64,000 nucleotides of DNA from an uncultured Actinomycetes bacterium (GCA_963742735.1 CAVUMN010000004.1:1152001-1216000); one strand, 5' to 3'; counted from the stretch's first letter, positions 9,507 through 19,694 are shown. Numbers and translations: made by a program. Notes: a model not told the origin generated them from the sequence alone.

Positions 9507-10867
9507 GGCGGCTCGCCGCCCTCACGATCGCCCTCGTCCTCGGGGCGGCCCCCGCGGCGCTCGCCCACCCGCTCGGCAACTTCACGATCAACCGTTTCGC
9601 CGAGCTCGAGATCCATCCGGGCAAGCTGATCCTCGACTACGTCGTGGACATGGCCGAGATCCCCACGTTCCAGCAGCGCGTGAAGATCGACCGCAACGGC
9701 GACGACGAGCTGACCCCCGACGAGGCCGACGCCTTCGCCGTCGACCAGGCGGACCGGATCCTGCGGAACCTGGAGCTCACCGCCGACGGCGCGCCGGTGG
9801 ACCTGGAGATGGTGTCCGCGATCGGCGGGCTGGGGGAGGGCCAGGGCGGGCTGGCGTTGCTGCGCCTGGACGTCTCGTACGAGGGCCGGCTCCTGGAGGG
9901 CGTCCGCCGCCTGGAGTTCGCCGACCGCAACGACCCGAAGCGCCGGGGGTGGCGCGAGGTCACCGCGTTCGCGAACTGCGGCGCCACGATCGGCAGCTCG
10001 ACGGTGCCCCAGGACAGCCTGAGCGCCGCGCTGCTCCTGTATCCCGAGGACCGCATCGACGACCCGCCCAACGTCCGGGAGGCCGAGGTCGTGCTGGGGC
10101 CGGAGACGGAGGAAAGGTGTCCCGATGCCGCTTCGCCCACCGCGCCGGTCCCGTCGCCCGGGCCGACCGAGGGGTTCGCCGGGCTGGTGGCTCGAGAGGA
10201 TCTTTCGCCGTTCACCGTGCTCGTGGCCGTCCTGCTGGCGATGGGGTTCGGGGCCGTCCACGCGCTGTTCCCCGGCCACGGCAAGACGGTGACCGCCGCG
10301 TACCTTGCCGGGAGCTCGGCCGGGGTCCGCCACGCCGTCCGCTCGGGCGTGGCGGTCTCCCTGATGCACACGGCGTCGGTGCTGGTCCTCGGGTTCGTCA
10401 CGGCCGCGGCCTCCGCCGCGTTCGCGCCGGAGACGGTCTACCCGTGGCTCACGGTGATCGCCGGTGCGGTCGTGCTCGTTCTGGGGGTCGCGATGCTCAT
10501 GGCACGCACGCGAGCCCGCGAGGCGTCCCACGGCCACGACCACGACCACGAGCACGACGAGCCGCTCGGCCCGGCGCGGCTGGGGGCGCTGGCCATGGCC
10601 GGCGGCCTGCTGCCCTCGCCGACCGCGGTCCTGGTCCTGACCGCCGCGATCGCGCTGGACCGGCTGGTGTTCGGGCTGGTGCTGGTGGCGGCGTTCAGCG
10701 TGGGGCTGGCGGCGGCGCTGGCCGCCATCGGTGTCGCCGCGATCCGGGTCCGCGCGTTCGCCGGGGACCGGTTCCGCTGGGTCGCCTCCGCGATCCCGCT
10801 CGTGTCCGCGGGCGCGGTCGTGGCGGCGGGGACCTACCTGGTGACGACCGGCGTGCTGAAGCTCTAG
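9503..10867 (+). CDS. RcnA/HoxN-like nickel/cobalt transporter with N-terminal extracytoplasmic domain
   Basis: Signal peptide then HPLGNFTINRF; HALFPGHGKT motif, His/Asp tract HGHDHDHEHD and GLLPSPTA; start appears to be CTG overlapping the upstream stop. Confidence 0.85.
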   Translation: MRRLAALTIALVLGAAPAALAHPLGNFTINRFAELEIHPGKLILDYVVDMAEIPTFQQRVKIDRNGDDELTPDEADAFAVDQADRILRNLELTADGAPVDLEMVSAIGGLGEGQGGLALLRLDVSYEGRLLEGVRRLEFADRNDPKRRGWREVTAFANCGATIGSSTVPQDSLSAALLLYPEDRIDDPPNVREAEVVLGPETEERCPDAASPTAPVPSPGPTEGFAGLVAREDLSPFTVLVAVLLAMGFGAVHALFPGHGKTVTAAYLAGSSAGVRHAVRSGVAVSLMHTASVLVLGFVTAAASAAFAPETVYPWLTVIAGAVVLVLGVAMLMARTRAREASHGHDHDHEHDEPLGPARLGALAMAGGLLPSPTAVLVLTAAIALDRLVFGLVLVAAFSVGLAAALAAIGVAAIRVRAFAGDRFRWVASAIPLVSAGAVVAAGTYLVTTGVLKL

Positions 10868-11586
10868 ACCTCGGCGGTCAGGATCGCTGCGGAGGGAGGT
10901 CCTTCCTCGCCCTCGCGCTGCTGGACGATCCACACCCCGTCGTAGCGCGACATGTCGATCCCGATGGCGACGACGCTGGTCGCTCCCCGGTGCAGGAAGG
11001 TCGACGCCAGCAGCACCGGCTCGCCGTCCACCGTGAACCAGATCTGGTACTCGTGCCGGCGGCTGGGCCGGGGGATGCGGTCGACAATCACGAAGCACGT
11101 GGTCTCGCCCGGCTTCCACACCACCGTCGCCTGTCCGGCGGTCTCCGACTCCTTCCGCATCGACACCACGTGCGCCGCGGGGTCGGCCATGATCCGCATC
11201 GCGTTGACGGCGTTGGCGCGAGACCCCTCGACGTCGCTGACCCGCTGGGACAGGAACGCGGTGAACCCGCCCAGGGTGAGCACCGCCACCGCGGCCACCG
11301 CCCCCATCCACGAGGGCAGGCCGCGGCGGCGCGCGGCGAGCCCGTCGGTCTCGGAGAGCTCCCGTCGCAGCGAGGCGAGCAGCAGGTCCGGCGCGGGGAC
11401 GGGGTCGGCGGCCAGCGCCAGGTCGCCCACCACCTCGCGGTAGTCCTGGAGCAGCCCGCGACAGATCAGGCACGTGGGGACGTGCTCGGTCAGCAGGGCC
11501 TCGGCCTCGAGGGCGTCCTCGCCGGCCAGGGCGTCGAGGACGTAGCCCGCCAGGAGCTCCTCGATGCGGTCGTGCTGGGGCGTCAC
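10864..11586 (-). CDS. Anti-sigma factor (RskA-like) with zinc-binding HxxxCxxC motif
   Basis: ELLAGYVLDAL, HVPTCLIC, one TM and extracellular YQIWF; GTG start overlaps the sigma stop. Confidence 0.85.
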   Translation of the reverse strand: MTPQHDRIEELLAGYVLDALAGEDALEAEALLTEHVPTCLICRGLLQDYREVVGDLALAADPVPAPDLLLASLRRELSETDGLAARRRGLPSWMGAVAAVAVLTLGGFTAFLSQRVSDVEGSRANAVNAMRIMADPAAHVVSMRKESETAGQATVVWKPGETTCFVIVDRIPRPSRRHEYQIWFTVDGEPVLLASTFLHRGATSVVAIGIDMSRYDGVWIVQQREGEEGPPSAAILTAEV

Positions 11587-12152
11587 GCGTCCCCCTGCAG
11601 GGCCACGCGCAGCTTGCGCAGGGCGGCCATGGTGCGGGTCTTCACCGTGCCGAGAGGGATGCGGAGGGCCTCGGCGACCCGGGCCTGGGTCATCCCTCCG
11701 AAGTAGGCCAGTTCCAACACGGTCCGTTGATCCTCCGGAAGCTCCGTCAGCGCCGCGCGAACCTGCTTGCGTCGAACGGAGAGCCAGGCGTCGTCCACGA
11801 CGCCCTCCGCTACATCTTCGCCGACGCGCGGCTCGAGGTTCAGCGAGCGTTCGTCTCGCTTTCGCAGGCGCTCCTCGCGGCGGACGGCGTCCACGGCCCG
11901 GTGGTGCACGAGCGAGAGGAAGAACGTCCGGAACGCGCCCCGGGCCGGGTCGAAGGCCTCCGGGGCCCGCCACAGGGCCATGAACGACTCGGCCACCACC
12001 TCCTGGGCCAGGGAGTCCGAGTCGGTGATCCGCCGGGCCAGGCCGTACGAGGCCGCCTGGTACCGCCGGTACAGGGTCTCGAACGCGCCGGTGTCGCGCG
12101 CGCCCAGCCGGCGGACGAGCTCGATGTCCTGGCGATCCTGCGCGGGGTCCAC
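11583..12152 (-). CDS. ECF sigma-70 factor (SigK-like)
   Basis: AFETLYRRY, FDPARGAFRTF, HHRAVDAVR and LAYFGGMTQ...IPLGTVKTR. Confidence 0.9.
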   Translation of the reverse strand: MDPAQDRQDIELVRRLGARDTGAFETLYRRYQAASYGLARRITDSDSLAQEVVAESFMALWRAPEAFDPARGAFRTFFLSLVHHRAVDAVRREERLRKRDERSLNLEPRVGEDVAEGVVDDAWLSVRRKQVRAALTELPEDQRTVLELAYFGGMTQARVAEALRIPLGTVKTRTMAALRKLRVALQGDA

Positions 12153-12190
12153 GTCGCACTTCTACCAGGGGTCGCGGCTACAGTCTCGCC

Positions 12191-12424
12191 GTGGCCAGCG
12201 TGCGGATGTACTCCCGGCGGCGGTGCGGCTTGTGCGACCGGGCCCGGGTCGTGCTCCTCGACGCCCACGCGGAGGCCCCATTCGAGCTCGAGGAGGTCTT
12301 CATCGACGGTGACGACGACCTGGAGCGGGCGTACGGGATCCGCGTCCCCGTGATCGAGATCGACGGCGTCGAGACCTTCGAGTACGAGGTCGAGCCGTCC
12401 GCTCTCCGAGAGGCCCTGGGGTAG
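12191..12424 (+). CDS. Glutaredoxin-like protein (DUF836 type)
   Basis: CGLC, YGIRVPVI; usual position upstream of rex; TACAGT 6 nt before GTG suggests a leaderless transcript. Confidence 0.85.
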   Translation: MASVRMYSRRRCGLCDRARVVLLDAHAEAPFELEEVFIDGDDDLERAYGIRVPVIEIDGVETFEYEVEPSALREALG

Positions 12425-12430
12425 CGAGGC

Positions 12431-12988
12431 ATGCCCAAGCTCATCTACTCGATGCTCGCGTCGCTCGACGGCTACGTTGCGGACCGGGACGGCCGCTTCG
12501 GCTGGGCCGAGCCGGACGAGGCGGTCCACGCCTTCGTCAACGACCTCCAGCGCGGCGTCGAGACGTACTTGCTCGGCCGCCGGATGTACGAGGTGCTCGT
12601 GGCCTGGGAGACCATGGACGTCCGGGACGAGCCGGCCCCCATCCGGGACTACCAGGCGATCTGGAAGGACACGGACAAGGTCGTCTACTCCCGGACGCTC
12701 GACGCTCCCTCCAGCGCCCGGACCCGGATCGAGCGCGACTTCGACCCCGAGGCCGTACGGGAGATGAAGGCGAGCGCGGGAGGCGATCTCGCCGTGGCCG
12801 GCCCCGAGCTCGCCGCGCAGGCGATGCGGGCCGGGCTGGTCGACGAGTGGCACCTGTTCCTGTCGCCGATCGTGGTGGGGGGCGGCACCCGGGCCCTCCC
12901 CGACGACGTCCGCGTGCCCCTCGAGCTGGTGGACGAACGGCGCTTCGGCAACGGGACGGTGTACCTGCGCTACCGCACCGTGGGGTGA
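12431..12988 (+). CDS. Dihydrofolate reductase/RibD C-terminal family protein
   Basis: SLDGYVAD, LLGRRMYE, VYSRTL and GLVDEWHLFLSPIVVGGG. Confidence 0.9.
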   Translation: MPKLIYSMLASLDGYVADRDGRFGWAEPDEAVHAFVNDLQRGVETYLLGRRMYEVLVAWETMDVRDEPAPIRDYQAIWKDTDKVVYSRTLDAPSSARTRIERDFDPEAVREMKASAGGDLAVAGPELAAQAMRAGLVDEWHLFLSPIVVGGGTRALPDDVRVPLELVDERRFGNGTVYLRYRTVG

Positions 12989-13010
12989 TCCGCCCGCGCT
13001 CCAAGTCCGT

Positions 13011-13040
13011 TTGTGAATGCGTTCACGTGCGCACTAGAAT
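13011..13040 (+). promoter_or_regulatory. Rex operator overlapping the -35 of the rex-hem promoter
   Basis: TTGTGAATGCGTTCACGT (13011-13028) vs consensus TTGTGAA-n4-TTCACAA; -10 TAGAAT at 13035-13040. Confidence 0.85.
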
Positions 13041-13070
13041 CGCCCGCGTGCCTCCCCAGGGACACACGCG

Positions 13071-13760
13071 ATGAGGGAGCGCCCGATCCCTGAAGCGACC
13101 GTCGGGCGACTGCCCGTCTACCTCCGGGCGCTCGTGGAGATGGCCGAGGCCGGCACGACCACGGTGTCCTCCGAGGGCCTGGCCGAGGCCGCCGGCGTGA
13201 ACTCCGCGAAGGTCCGCAAGGACCTCTCCTACCTGGGCACCTACGGCACGCGCGGCGTCGGCTACGACGTCGCCTACCTGATCCACCAGATCCGCCGCGA
13301 GCTCGGCCTGACCCAGCACTGGGGCGTGCTCCTGGCCGGCGTGGGGAACCTCGGCCACGCCCTGGCCGGCTACCGCGGGTTCGCCGAACGAGGGTTCCAG
13401 CTGGCCGCGCTGGTCGACGCCGACCCGAAGGTGATCGGTGAGGTCGTCGGCGGCGTCGAGGTGCGCCCCATGGAGGAGCTCGCCGACCTGGTCCGCGACC
13501 ACGACATCGCGATCGGGGTGATCTGCACGCCCGCCGCCGCGGCCCAGGAGGTGGCCGACCGGATGGCCGAGGCCGGCGTCCGCTCGATCCTGAACTTCGC
13601 GCCGGCGGTCATCACCGTCCCCGAGTCCGTCTCCCTGCGCAAGGTCGACCTGTCCATCGAGCTCCAGATCCTGGCCTTCTACGAACAGCGCAAGGCCGCG
13701 CTCCAGGCCGTGCACGGCGGCCAGGCGGTGGCGGACCTCGCCCAGGCCGGGACGAGCTGA
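13071..13760 (+). CDS. rex: Redox-sensing transcriptional repressor Rex
   Basis: IPEATVGRLPVYLRAL, VRKDLSYLGTYGTRGVGYDV, GVGNLGHAL and ILNFAP. Confidence 0.97.
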   Translation: MRERPIPEATVGRLPVYLRALVEMAEAGTTTVSSEGLAEAAGVNSAKVRKDLSYLGTYGTRGVGYDVAYLIHQIRRELGLTQHWGVLLAGVGNLGHALAGYRGFAERGFQLAALVDADPKVIGEVVGGVEVRPMEELADLVRDHDIAIGVICTPAAAAQEVADRMAEAGVRSILNFAPAVITVPESVSLRKVDLSIELQILAFYEQRKAALQAVHGGQAVADLAQAGTS

Positions 13761-14395
13761 TGGGCGCCTACCCGGTGATCCTCGAGATGGGCGGCCGCCT
13801 CGCCGTCGTCGTCGGCGGCGGCAAGATCGCCGAGGACAAGGTCGAGAAGCTCCTGCCGGCCGACGCGAAGATCCGCGTGGTCGCCCCCGCCGTCACCGAG
13901 CGCATCGCCGCCCTGGCCGAGGAGGGCCGCGTCGAGTGGGTCGGCCGGGACTACCGCGAGGGCGACCTGGAGGGCGCGTTCATCGCCATCGCCGCGACCG
14001 ACTCCCACGACACGAACGGCAAGGTGTTCGCCGAGGCCGAGCGCCACGGCATGCCGATCAACGCCGTCGACGACGTGGAGCACTGCACGTTCATCGCGCC
14101 GGCCGTGTTCCGCAACGGCCCCCTGATCGTTGCCATCTCCACCGAGGGCAAGGCGCCGACGCTCGCCGTGCGCATCCGCGACAAGCTCAAGGAGCAGTAC
14201 GGGGGCGAGGAGTGGGCGAAGCTGCTCGAGCTCACCGGCAGCCTCCGCGACGAGGTGGCCGCCACCGGCCGCTCCTTCGAGGTCCGCGCCGAGGCGTGGT
14301 ACCGGCTGGTGGACTCCGACGTGATCGACTTGCTCCGCGAGGGGCGCGACCAGGAGGCCCGGGCGCGGGCGCGCGAATGCCTGTCCTTGCCCTAG
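13760..14395 (+). CDS. Precorrin-2 dehydrogenase/sirohydrochlorin ferrochelatase (SirC/CysG N-terminal type)
   Basis: YPVIL, VVGGGKIAEDK, AATDS, NAVDDVEHCTFIAPA and IVAISTEGKAPTLA. Confidence 0.9.
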   Translation: MGAYPVILEMGGRLAVVVGGGKIAEDKVEKLLPADAKIRVVAPAVTERIAALAEEGRVEWVGRDYREGDLEGAFIAIAATDSHDTNGKVFAEAERHGMPINAVDDVEHCTFIAPAVFRNGPLIVAISTEGKAPTLAVRIRDKLKEQYGGEEWAKLLELTGSLRDEVAATGRSFEVRAEAWYRLVDSDVIDLLREGRDQEARARARECLSLP

Positions 14396-15645
14396 GGGTC
14401 TCCCACCGGCGCGCGTCGGTCGAGCTGCTCGAGCGGCTCGCCCTCGGCGACGACGACCTCCCCAAGGCGTACGGGCGCCTGGCCGACCTGCCCGGCGTCC
14501 GCGAGGCCGTGGTCCTGTCCACCTGCAACCGGGTCGAGGTCTACGCCGAGGTGACCGGCTACCACACCGGGTTCCAGGACCTGCGGACGTTCCTGGCAGA
14601 GTCGAGCGGACTCGACCCCGACGAGTTCGCCGAGCCCCTGTACGCGCACTACGAGGACGAGGCCGTCGAGCACCTGTTCGGCGTGGCCGCCGGCATCGAC
14701 TCGATGGTGATCGGCGAGCCCCAGATCCTGTCCCAGGTCCGTCACGCCATCCGCCGCGCCGACGCCGAGGGCGGGGGCGGTCCCGTCCTGGCCGACCTCT
14801 TCCGCCGGTCCGTTCGCTTCGGGCGCCGGGCCCGAGACGAGACCGAGATCGGCGCCAGCCCGGCCGCGTTCGTCGACGCCGGGCTCCGCCTGGCCGAGGC
14901 CGCGATCGGGAGCCTGCGCGGCAAGCGCGCGGTGGTCGTCGGGGCGGGGCAGATGGGCGGGCTGGCCCTGGAGGCCCTTCGGGCCCGCGGGGTCGCCGAC
15001 GCCCACGTCCTGAACCGGACCCCCGAGCGGGCCGAGCGGCTCGCCGCCCGTCACGGCGCGCGGGTCGGGGCGCTGCGCGATCTGGCCGAGGCGCTGGCCG
15101 GCGCCGACCTGGTGGTCACCTCCACCGGCGCGCCCGAGGTGGTCCTGGAGGCGGCCGACGTCCGCGCCGCGATGGCCGGCCGAGACGACCGGCCGATGTT
15201 CCTGCTCGACCTCGCCGTCCCACGTGACGTCGCTCCCGCCGCGGGCAACCTCTCGAACGTCTCGGTGGCCGACATCGACGCCCTGCGGGCGCGCGTGGTC
15301 GACGACGACGAGCTGCAGGAGATCGCCAAGGTCCGCGACCTCATCTCCGAGGAGGTCAAGCGCCTGGCCGAGCGCCGCCGGGTGGCCCGGCTGGCCCCGC
15401 TGCTCGAGGCCCTCCAGGCCCGCGGCGAACGGGTTCGCGCCGGCGAGCTGGCCCGCGCGGCCGCGAAGCTGTCCGGCCTGGACCCGGCCGAGCGCGAGGC
15501 CGTCGAGGCGCTCACCCGCTCGATCGTCGCGAAGCTGCTGCACGACCCGATGGTTCGGGTGAAGGCGCTCTCGGCCGGTGGCGACTCCCACGCCCGCCTG
15601 CTCGCCGAGCTGTTCGGGATCGACCAGAGCCCGCCCGCCGACTGA
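14377..15645 (+). CDS. hemA: Glutamyl-tRNA reductase
   Basis: LSTCNRVEVY, GIDSMVIGEPQILSQV, GAGQMG and DLAVPRDV. Confidence 0.97.
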   Translation: MPVLALGVSHRRASVELLERLALGDDDLPKAYGRLADLPGVREAVVLSTCNRVEVYAEVTGYHTGFQDLRTFLAESSGLDPDEFAEPLYAHYEDEAVEHLFGVAAGIDSMVIGEPQILSQVRHAIRRADAEGGGGPVLADLFRRSVRFGRRARDETEIGASPAAFVDAGLRLAEAAIGSLRGKRAVVVGAGQMGGLALEALRARGVADAHVLNRTPERAERLAARHGARVGALRDLAEALAGADLVVTSTGAPEVVLEAADVRAAMAGRDDRPMFLLDLAVPRDVAPAAGNLSNVSVADIDALRARVVDDDELQEIAKVRDLISEEVKRLAERRRVARLAPLLEALQARGERVRAGELARAAAKLSGLDPAEREAVEALTRSIVAKLLHDPMVRVKALSAGGDSHARLLAELFGIDQSPPAD

Positions 15646-15650
15646 GCCGC

Positions 15651-16544
15651 GTGGCGGTCCTGCGGATCGGCACCCGCGGCTCCAAGCTGGCCCTCGCCCA
15701 GGCCGGCGAGGTCGCCGAGCGACTGGCCGCCGCCGGCCTCGAGTCCGAGCTGGTCCCGATCGTGACCTCCGGCGACCGCGGGGCCTCGCCGTCGTCCTCG
15801 CCCGCGGGCATGAAGGGCCTGTTCGTGGCGGAGATCGTCAAGGCCCTCCAGGCCGGCGAGGTCGACCTGGCCGTCCACTCGGCGAAGGACCTGCCGAGCG
15901 CCGATCCCCCCGGCGTCGTGGTGGCCGCGGTCCCCGAGCGTGCCGACCCGCTCGACGTGCTGGTCACCCGCGAGCCCGGTGAGCCGGCCGCGGGCGCGCG
16001 CATCGCGACCTCGAGCCTGCGGCGCGAGGCCCAGCTGCGGCGGTCCCGTCCGGGCGTGACGATCGTGGGCGTGCGCGGCAACGTCGACACCCGGCTCCGC
16101 AAGCTCGACGACGGCGAGTTCGAGGGCCTGATCCTGGCGGCGGCCGGCCTCCACCGGCTCGGCGTCCGGCCGAAGCACGCCACCCCGTTCCCGATGGAGG
16201 ACATGGTCCCGGCGCCGGGCCAGGGCGCGCTCGCGGTTCAGGCCGTGGCGGAGAGCGAGGCCCACGCGGCCGCCGCCGCCATCGACCACGGCCGGTCCCA
16301 CACCGCGTTCGAGGCGGAGCGGCAGCTGGTGGAGCTGCTGGGAGGCGGGTGCGCGCTCCCGCTCGGGGCGTACGCCGAGGCCCGCACCGAGGGGCTCCGC
16401 CTGCTCGCGGTGGTGATCAGCCCCGACGGGTCGAAGCTGGCCTGGGCGCAGGTCGAGGCGCCCTCGCCCGAGGCGGCCGCGGCCGAGGCCGCCGAGACGC
16501 TCACCGCCGGCGGGGCCCGGGAGATCCTGGCGGAGCTGGAGTGA
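15651..16544 (+). CDS. hemC: Hydroxymethylbilane synthase
   Basis: RIGTRGSKLALAQ, AVHSAKDLP, TSSLRR, RGNVDTRL and GGGCALPLG. Confidence 0.97.
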   Translation: MAVLRIGTRGSKLALAQAGEVAERLAAAGLESELVPIVTSGDRGASPSSSPAGMKGLFVAEIVKALQAGEVDLAVHSAKDLPSADPPGVVVAAVPERADPLDVLVTREPGEPAAGARIATSSLRREAQLRRSRPGVTIVGVRGNVDTRLRKLDDGEFEGLILAAAGLHRLGVRPKHATPFPMEDMVPAPGQGALAVQAVAESEAHAAAAAIDHGRSHTAFEAERQLVELLGGGCALPLGAYAEARTEGLRLLAVVISPDGSKLAWAQVEAPSPEAAAAEAAETLTAGGAREILAELE

Positions 16545-18039
16545 AGGGGTTCGTCTCGCTCGTCGGCGCCGGCCCCGGCGACCCCGGCCTGATCACGGTG
16601 AGGGGCCTCGAGCGCCTGCTCGAGGCGGACGTGATCGTCCACGACCGGCTGATCGACGCCGACCTGCTGCGCGCCGTCCGTCCCGAGGCGGTGCGCGTCG
16701 ACGCCGGCAAGGCGCCGGGCGTCAAGCAGCTCACCCAGGACCAGATCAACGCCGTCCTGATCGAGCAGGCCCGCGCCGGCCGCCGGGTGGTGCGGCTCAA
16801 GGGCGGCGACCCGTTCGTGTTCGGCCGGGGGGGCGAGGAGGCCTCCGCGCTGGCCCGGGCCCGCGTCCCCTTCGAGGTCGTCCCCGGCGTGACGAGCGCC
16901 GTCGCCGCCGCGGCCTACGCCGGCATCCCCGTCACCGACCGGCGCGCCGCGTCCTCGGTCGCGTTCGCCACGGGCACGCCGCGGCCGGGCGGCGCCGACA
17001 CGGTCGAGCAGGCCGCCGGCGCCGACACGGTCGTGGTCCTCATGGGGATCGCGAACCTGGAGGCGATGACCCGGAAGCTGATGCGCGGAGGGAAGCCGGC
17101 GGCGACCCCCGCCGCGATCGTCGAGCGTGGGACGTTTCCGACCCAGCGCGTGGTAACGGGGACGCTGGAGACGATCGCCGCGAAGGCCCGGACGGCGAGG
17201 GTGTCCAATCCGGCGGTCCTGATCGCCGGCGACGTCGTGACCCTGCGCCGCGAGCTCGCGTGGTTCGACACGCGTCCGTTGTTCGGCCGCGCGATCCTGG
17301 TCACGCGGGCCCGCGACCAGGCGGGGAGCTCTCCGCCCTGCTGCGGGAGGAGGGCGCCGTCCCGGTCGAGGCCCCCGCGATCCGGACCGCGCCCGTCGTC
17401 CAGGCCGGGGCGCTGGATCGCGCGGTGCTCGCCGTGGCGGCCGGAGAGCTCGAGTGGCTCGTGTTCACCAGCCCCAACGGCGTACGCCACTGGTTCGACC
17501 GGGCCGCGGCGCTCGGGTTCGACGCCCGGGGCATCCGCGCGCAGGTGGCGGCGGTCGGCCCGGGCACGGCGGGGGCCCTGCGAGCCCGGGGGATCGTGGC
17601 CAACCTGGTGCCCGGGAAGTTCACCACCGAGGCCCTCGCCCGCGCGTTCCCCCGCGCGAGCGGGTCGGTGATGCTGGCGCGGACGAACATCGCCCCGCCC
17701 GGGTTGCAGGAGGCCCTCGAGGACAAGGGATGGCGGGTCCGGCAGGTCGTGGCCTACCGGACGCTGCGGGTGCGGTCGCTGCCGCCCGAGGCCCGGGCGC
17801 TCCTGAACGCCGGCCGTATCGACGCCCTCGCGTTCACCAGCGCGTCGACCGTGGAGGGATACGTCCGGATGGCCGGTACAATTCAGCGCGCGGCGAGTCG
17901 CCCGAAGGTGGTGTGCATCGGGCCCTCGACCGCCGAGGCCGCGGCCCGGTTGGGGCTCACGGTCGACGCGGTGGCCCGTCCGCACACGCTCGGCGGCCTG
18001 GTGGCCGCCCTGCGACGAGCCCTTCGATCGAGAGGCTAG
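16541..18039 (+). CDS. Fused uroporphyrinogen-III C-methyltransferase/uroporphyrinogen-III synthase (CobA-HemD), apparent 1-nt deletion near 17325
   Basis: LVGAGPGDPGLIT and RLKGGDPFVFGRGGEE in one frame; LVTRARDQ continues as WLVFTSPNGV...FTSASTV in the next frame; restoring one G in GCGGGGAG gives 500 codons. Confidence 0.9.
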
Positions 18040-18044
18040 ACAGG

Positions 18045-19024
18045 ATGCCCTTCCCCCAGCAGCGCCCCCGACGCCTCCGCCGGACCGAGGCGCTGCGCGC
18101 GCTGGTCCGCGAGACCGACCTCGCGCCGCGGCACCTGGTCGCGCCGCTGTTCGTGAAGGAAGGCATCGACGAGGCCGCCCCGATCGCCTCGATGCCCGGC
18201 CAGTCCCAGCACACCCTGGAGTCGCTGAAGAAGGAGGCCCGCGAGATCGCGGGTTTGGGCGTTCTCGCGTTCGTCCTGTTCGGCGTCCCGGCCGACAAGG
18301 ACGCGGAGGGCTCCCAGTCCCACGCGGAGGACGGCATCGCCCAGCGCGGCCTGCGGGCGCTGCGCGAGGAGCTCGGGGCCGACGCCGTCCTGATCTCCGA
18401 CCTGTGCCTGGACGAGTACACCGACCACGGCCACTGCGGCGTCCTCACCGAGGCCGGCGAGGTCGACAACGACCGGACCCTCGAGATCTACCGGAAGATC
18501 GCCGTCTCCCAGGCCGAGGCCGGCGCCGACCTGGTCGCGCCGAGCGGCATGATGGACGGGCAGGTCGCCGCGATCCGCGGGGCCCTCGACGACGCCGGCC
18601 GCGCCGACGCCGGCATCCTGGCCTACGCCGCGAAGTTCGCCTCGGCCTTCTACGGGCCGTTCCGCGACGCCGCCGAGTGCGCGCCGCAGTTCGGCGACCG
18701 CGCCGGCTACCAGATGGACCCCGCGAACGCCGACGAGGCCATGCGCGAGATCCGCGCGGACCTCGACGAGGGCGCCGACGCCGTGATGATCAAGCCGGCC
18801 CTGCCGTACCTGGACGTGATCCGCCGCGCGAAGGACGCGTTCGGCGGCCCCGATCGCCGCCTACAACGTCAGCGGCGAGTACTCGATGGTGAAGGCCGCC
18901 GCCGAGCAAGGGCTGGCTCGACGAGCGCAAGACGGTCCTCGAGATCCTCACGGGGATCCGCCGAGCCGGCGCCGACCTGATCCTCACCTACCACGCCAGC
19001 GAAGCCGCCGACTGGCTTCGGTGA
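18045..19024 (+). CDS. hemB: Porphobilinogen synthase, with two apparent +1 frameshifts near 18850 and 18910
   Basis: RPRRLR, CLDEYTDHGHCG, APSGMMDG, FYGPFRDA; IAAYNVSGEYSMVKAAA and IRRAGADLILTYHA lie in shifted frames. Confidence 0.92.
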
Positions 19025-19117
19025 GGGCCTGGCCCACCGTCGAGCTGTCCGCCGGCTCCCGCCGTCAGATCTGACGGTCCGTCAGGTTCCGGACGGCGAG
19101 CATGGCGCCCTCCCCGA

Positions 19118-19255
19118 CCGCGACTCCAGCAAATATTGCGCCTGCGCTATATCGGTCGGTCCAGCCCGCAAAACCGCTGGTCAGAGGGAGTGGCAATCCG
19201 GGCGAAACGGGCGACATAGCCCATGCGCTATGAATCGCGGAGTGGGCTCACGAGA
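19118..19255. repeat. Degenerate second copy of the 1631-1848 inverted-repeat element
   Basis: AATATTGCGCCTGCGCTATATC resembles the left arm AATATCGCAAGGCCGCTATATC; CATAGC...GAGTGGGC resembles the right arm. Confidence 0.45.
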
Positions 19256-19423
19256 ACCCGCAAGCCCGCGAACCGCCCGCGCCCCAGACGCTCACATCCG
19301 CCCCTCAGCAACCCACCCGTCCCACGATCGGTCGGACGCGCCCTCCGCGGGCGCCGTCGCCGTCGCCGGTTTCTTCATCTCCCACAACTCCGAGGGCGTG
19401 AAGTGCATGGCCGTCCGCCGGTG

Positions 19424-19694
19424 TCACCCGGCCGTATCGACGGCAGCCGGAGTCCCGACCCCCAACGGGACCGCCGAGGCCGACCCAGATCCAGCAAGAA
19501 CGGCCGACCCACCGCCTTCGAGAACCGATCGATGAAGCCGATGCCCGGCAGGACCCGGCCCCGCTCGGCGCGAGATACCGCCGACTGGGTCGAGCCCATC
19601 TGCTCCGCGACGTCGGTCTGCGTCATTCCAGCCTCACGGCGCATCCGCGCCAGGTCGGCGCCTGCGGCCGCCGCTGTGAACCCGATTCCTCCAT
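19424..19694 (-). CDS. XRE-family helix-turn-helix protein (two apparent single-G deletions)
   Basis: LARMRREAGMTQTDVAEQMGSTQSAVSRAERGRVLPGIGFIDRFSKAVG is an HTH_3 pattern; ATG 19694 and TGA 19424 become in-frame (91 codons) if one G is added to each of two G runs. Confidence 0.7.

Noticed and set aside
10528-10560. CACGAC tandem repeat as a repeat array
   Set aside because: Encodes the normal His/Asp metal-binding loop of RcnA-like transporters
17320-17335. Programmed ribosomal frameshift producing CobA versus CobA-HemD
   Set aside because: No X XXY YYZ slippery site; it is one of several nearby homopolymer indels better explained as sequencing error
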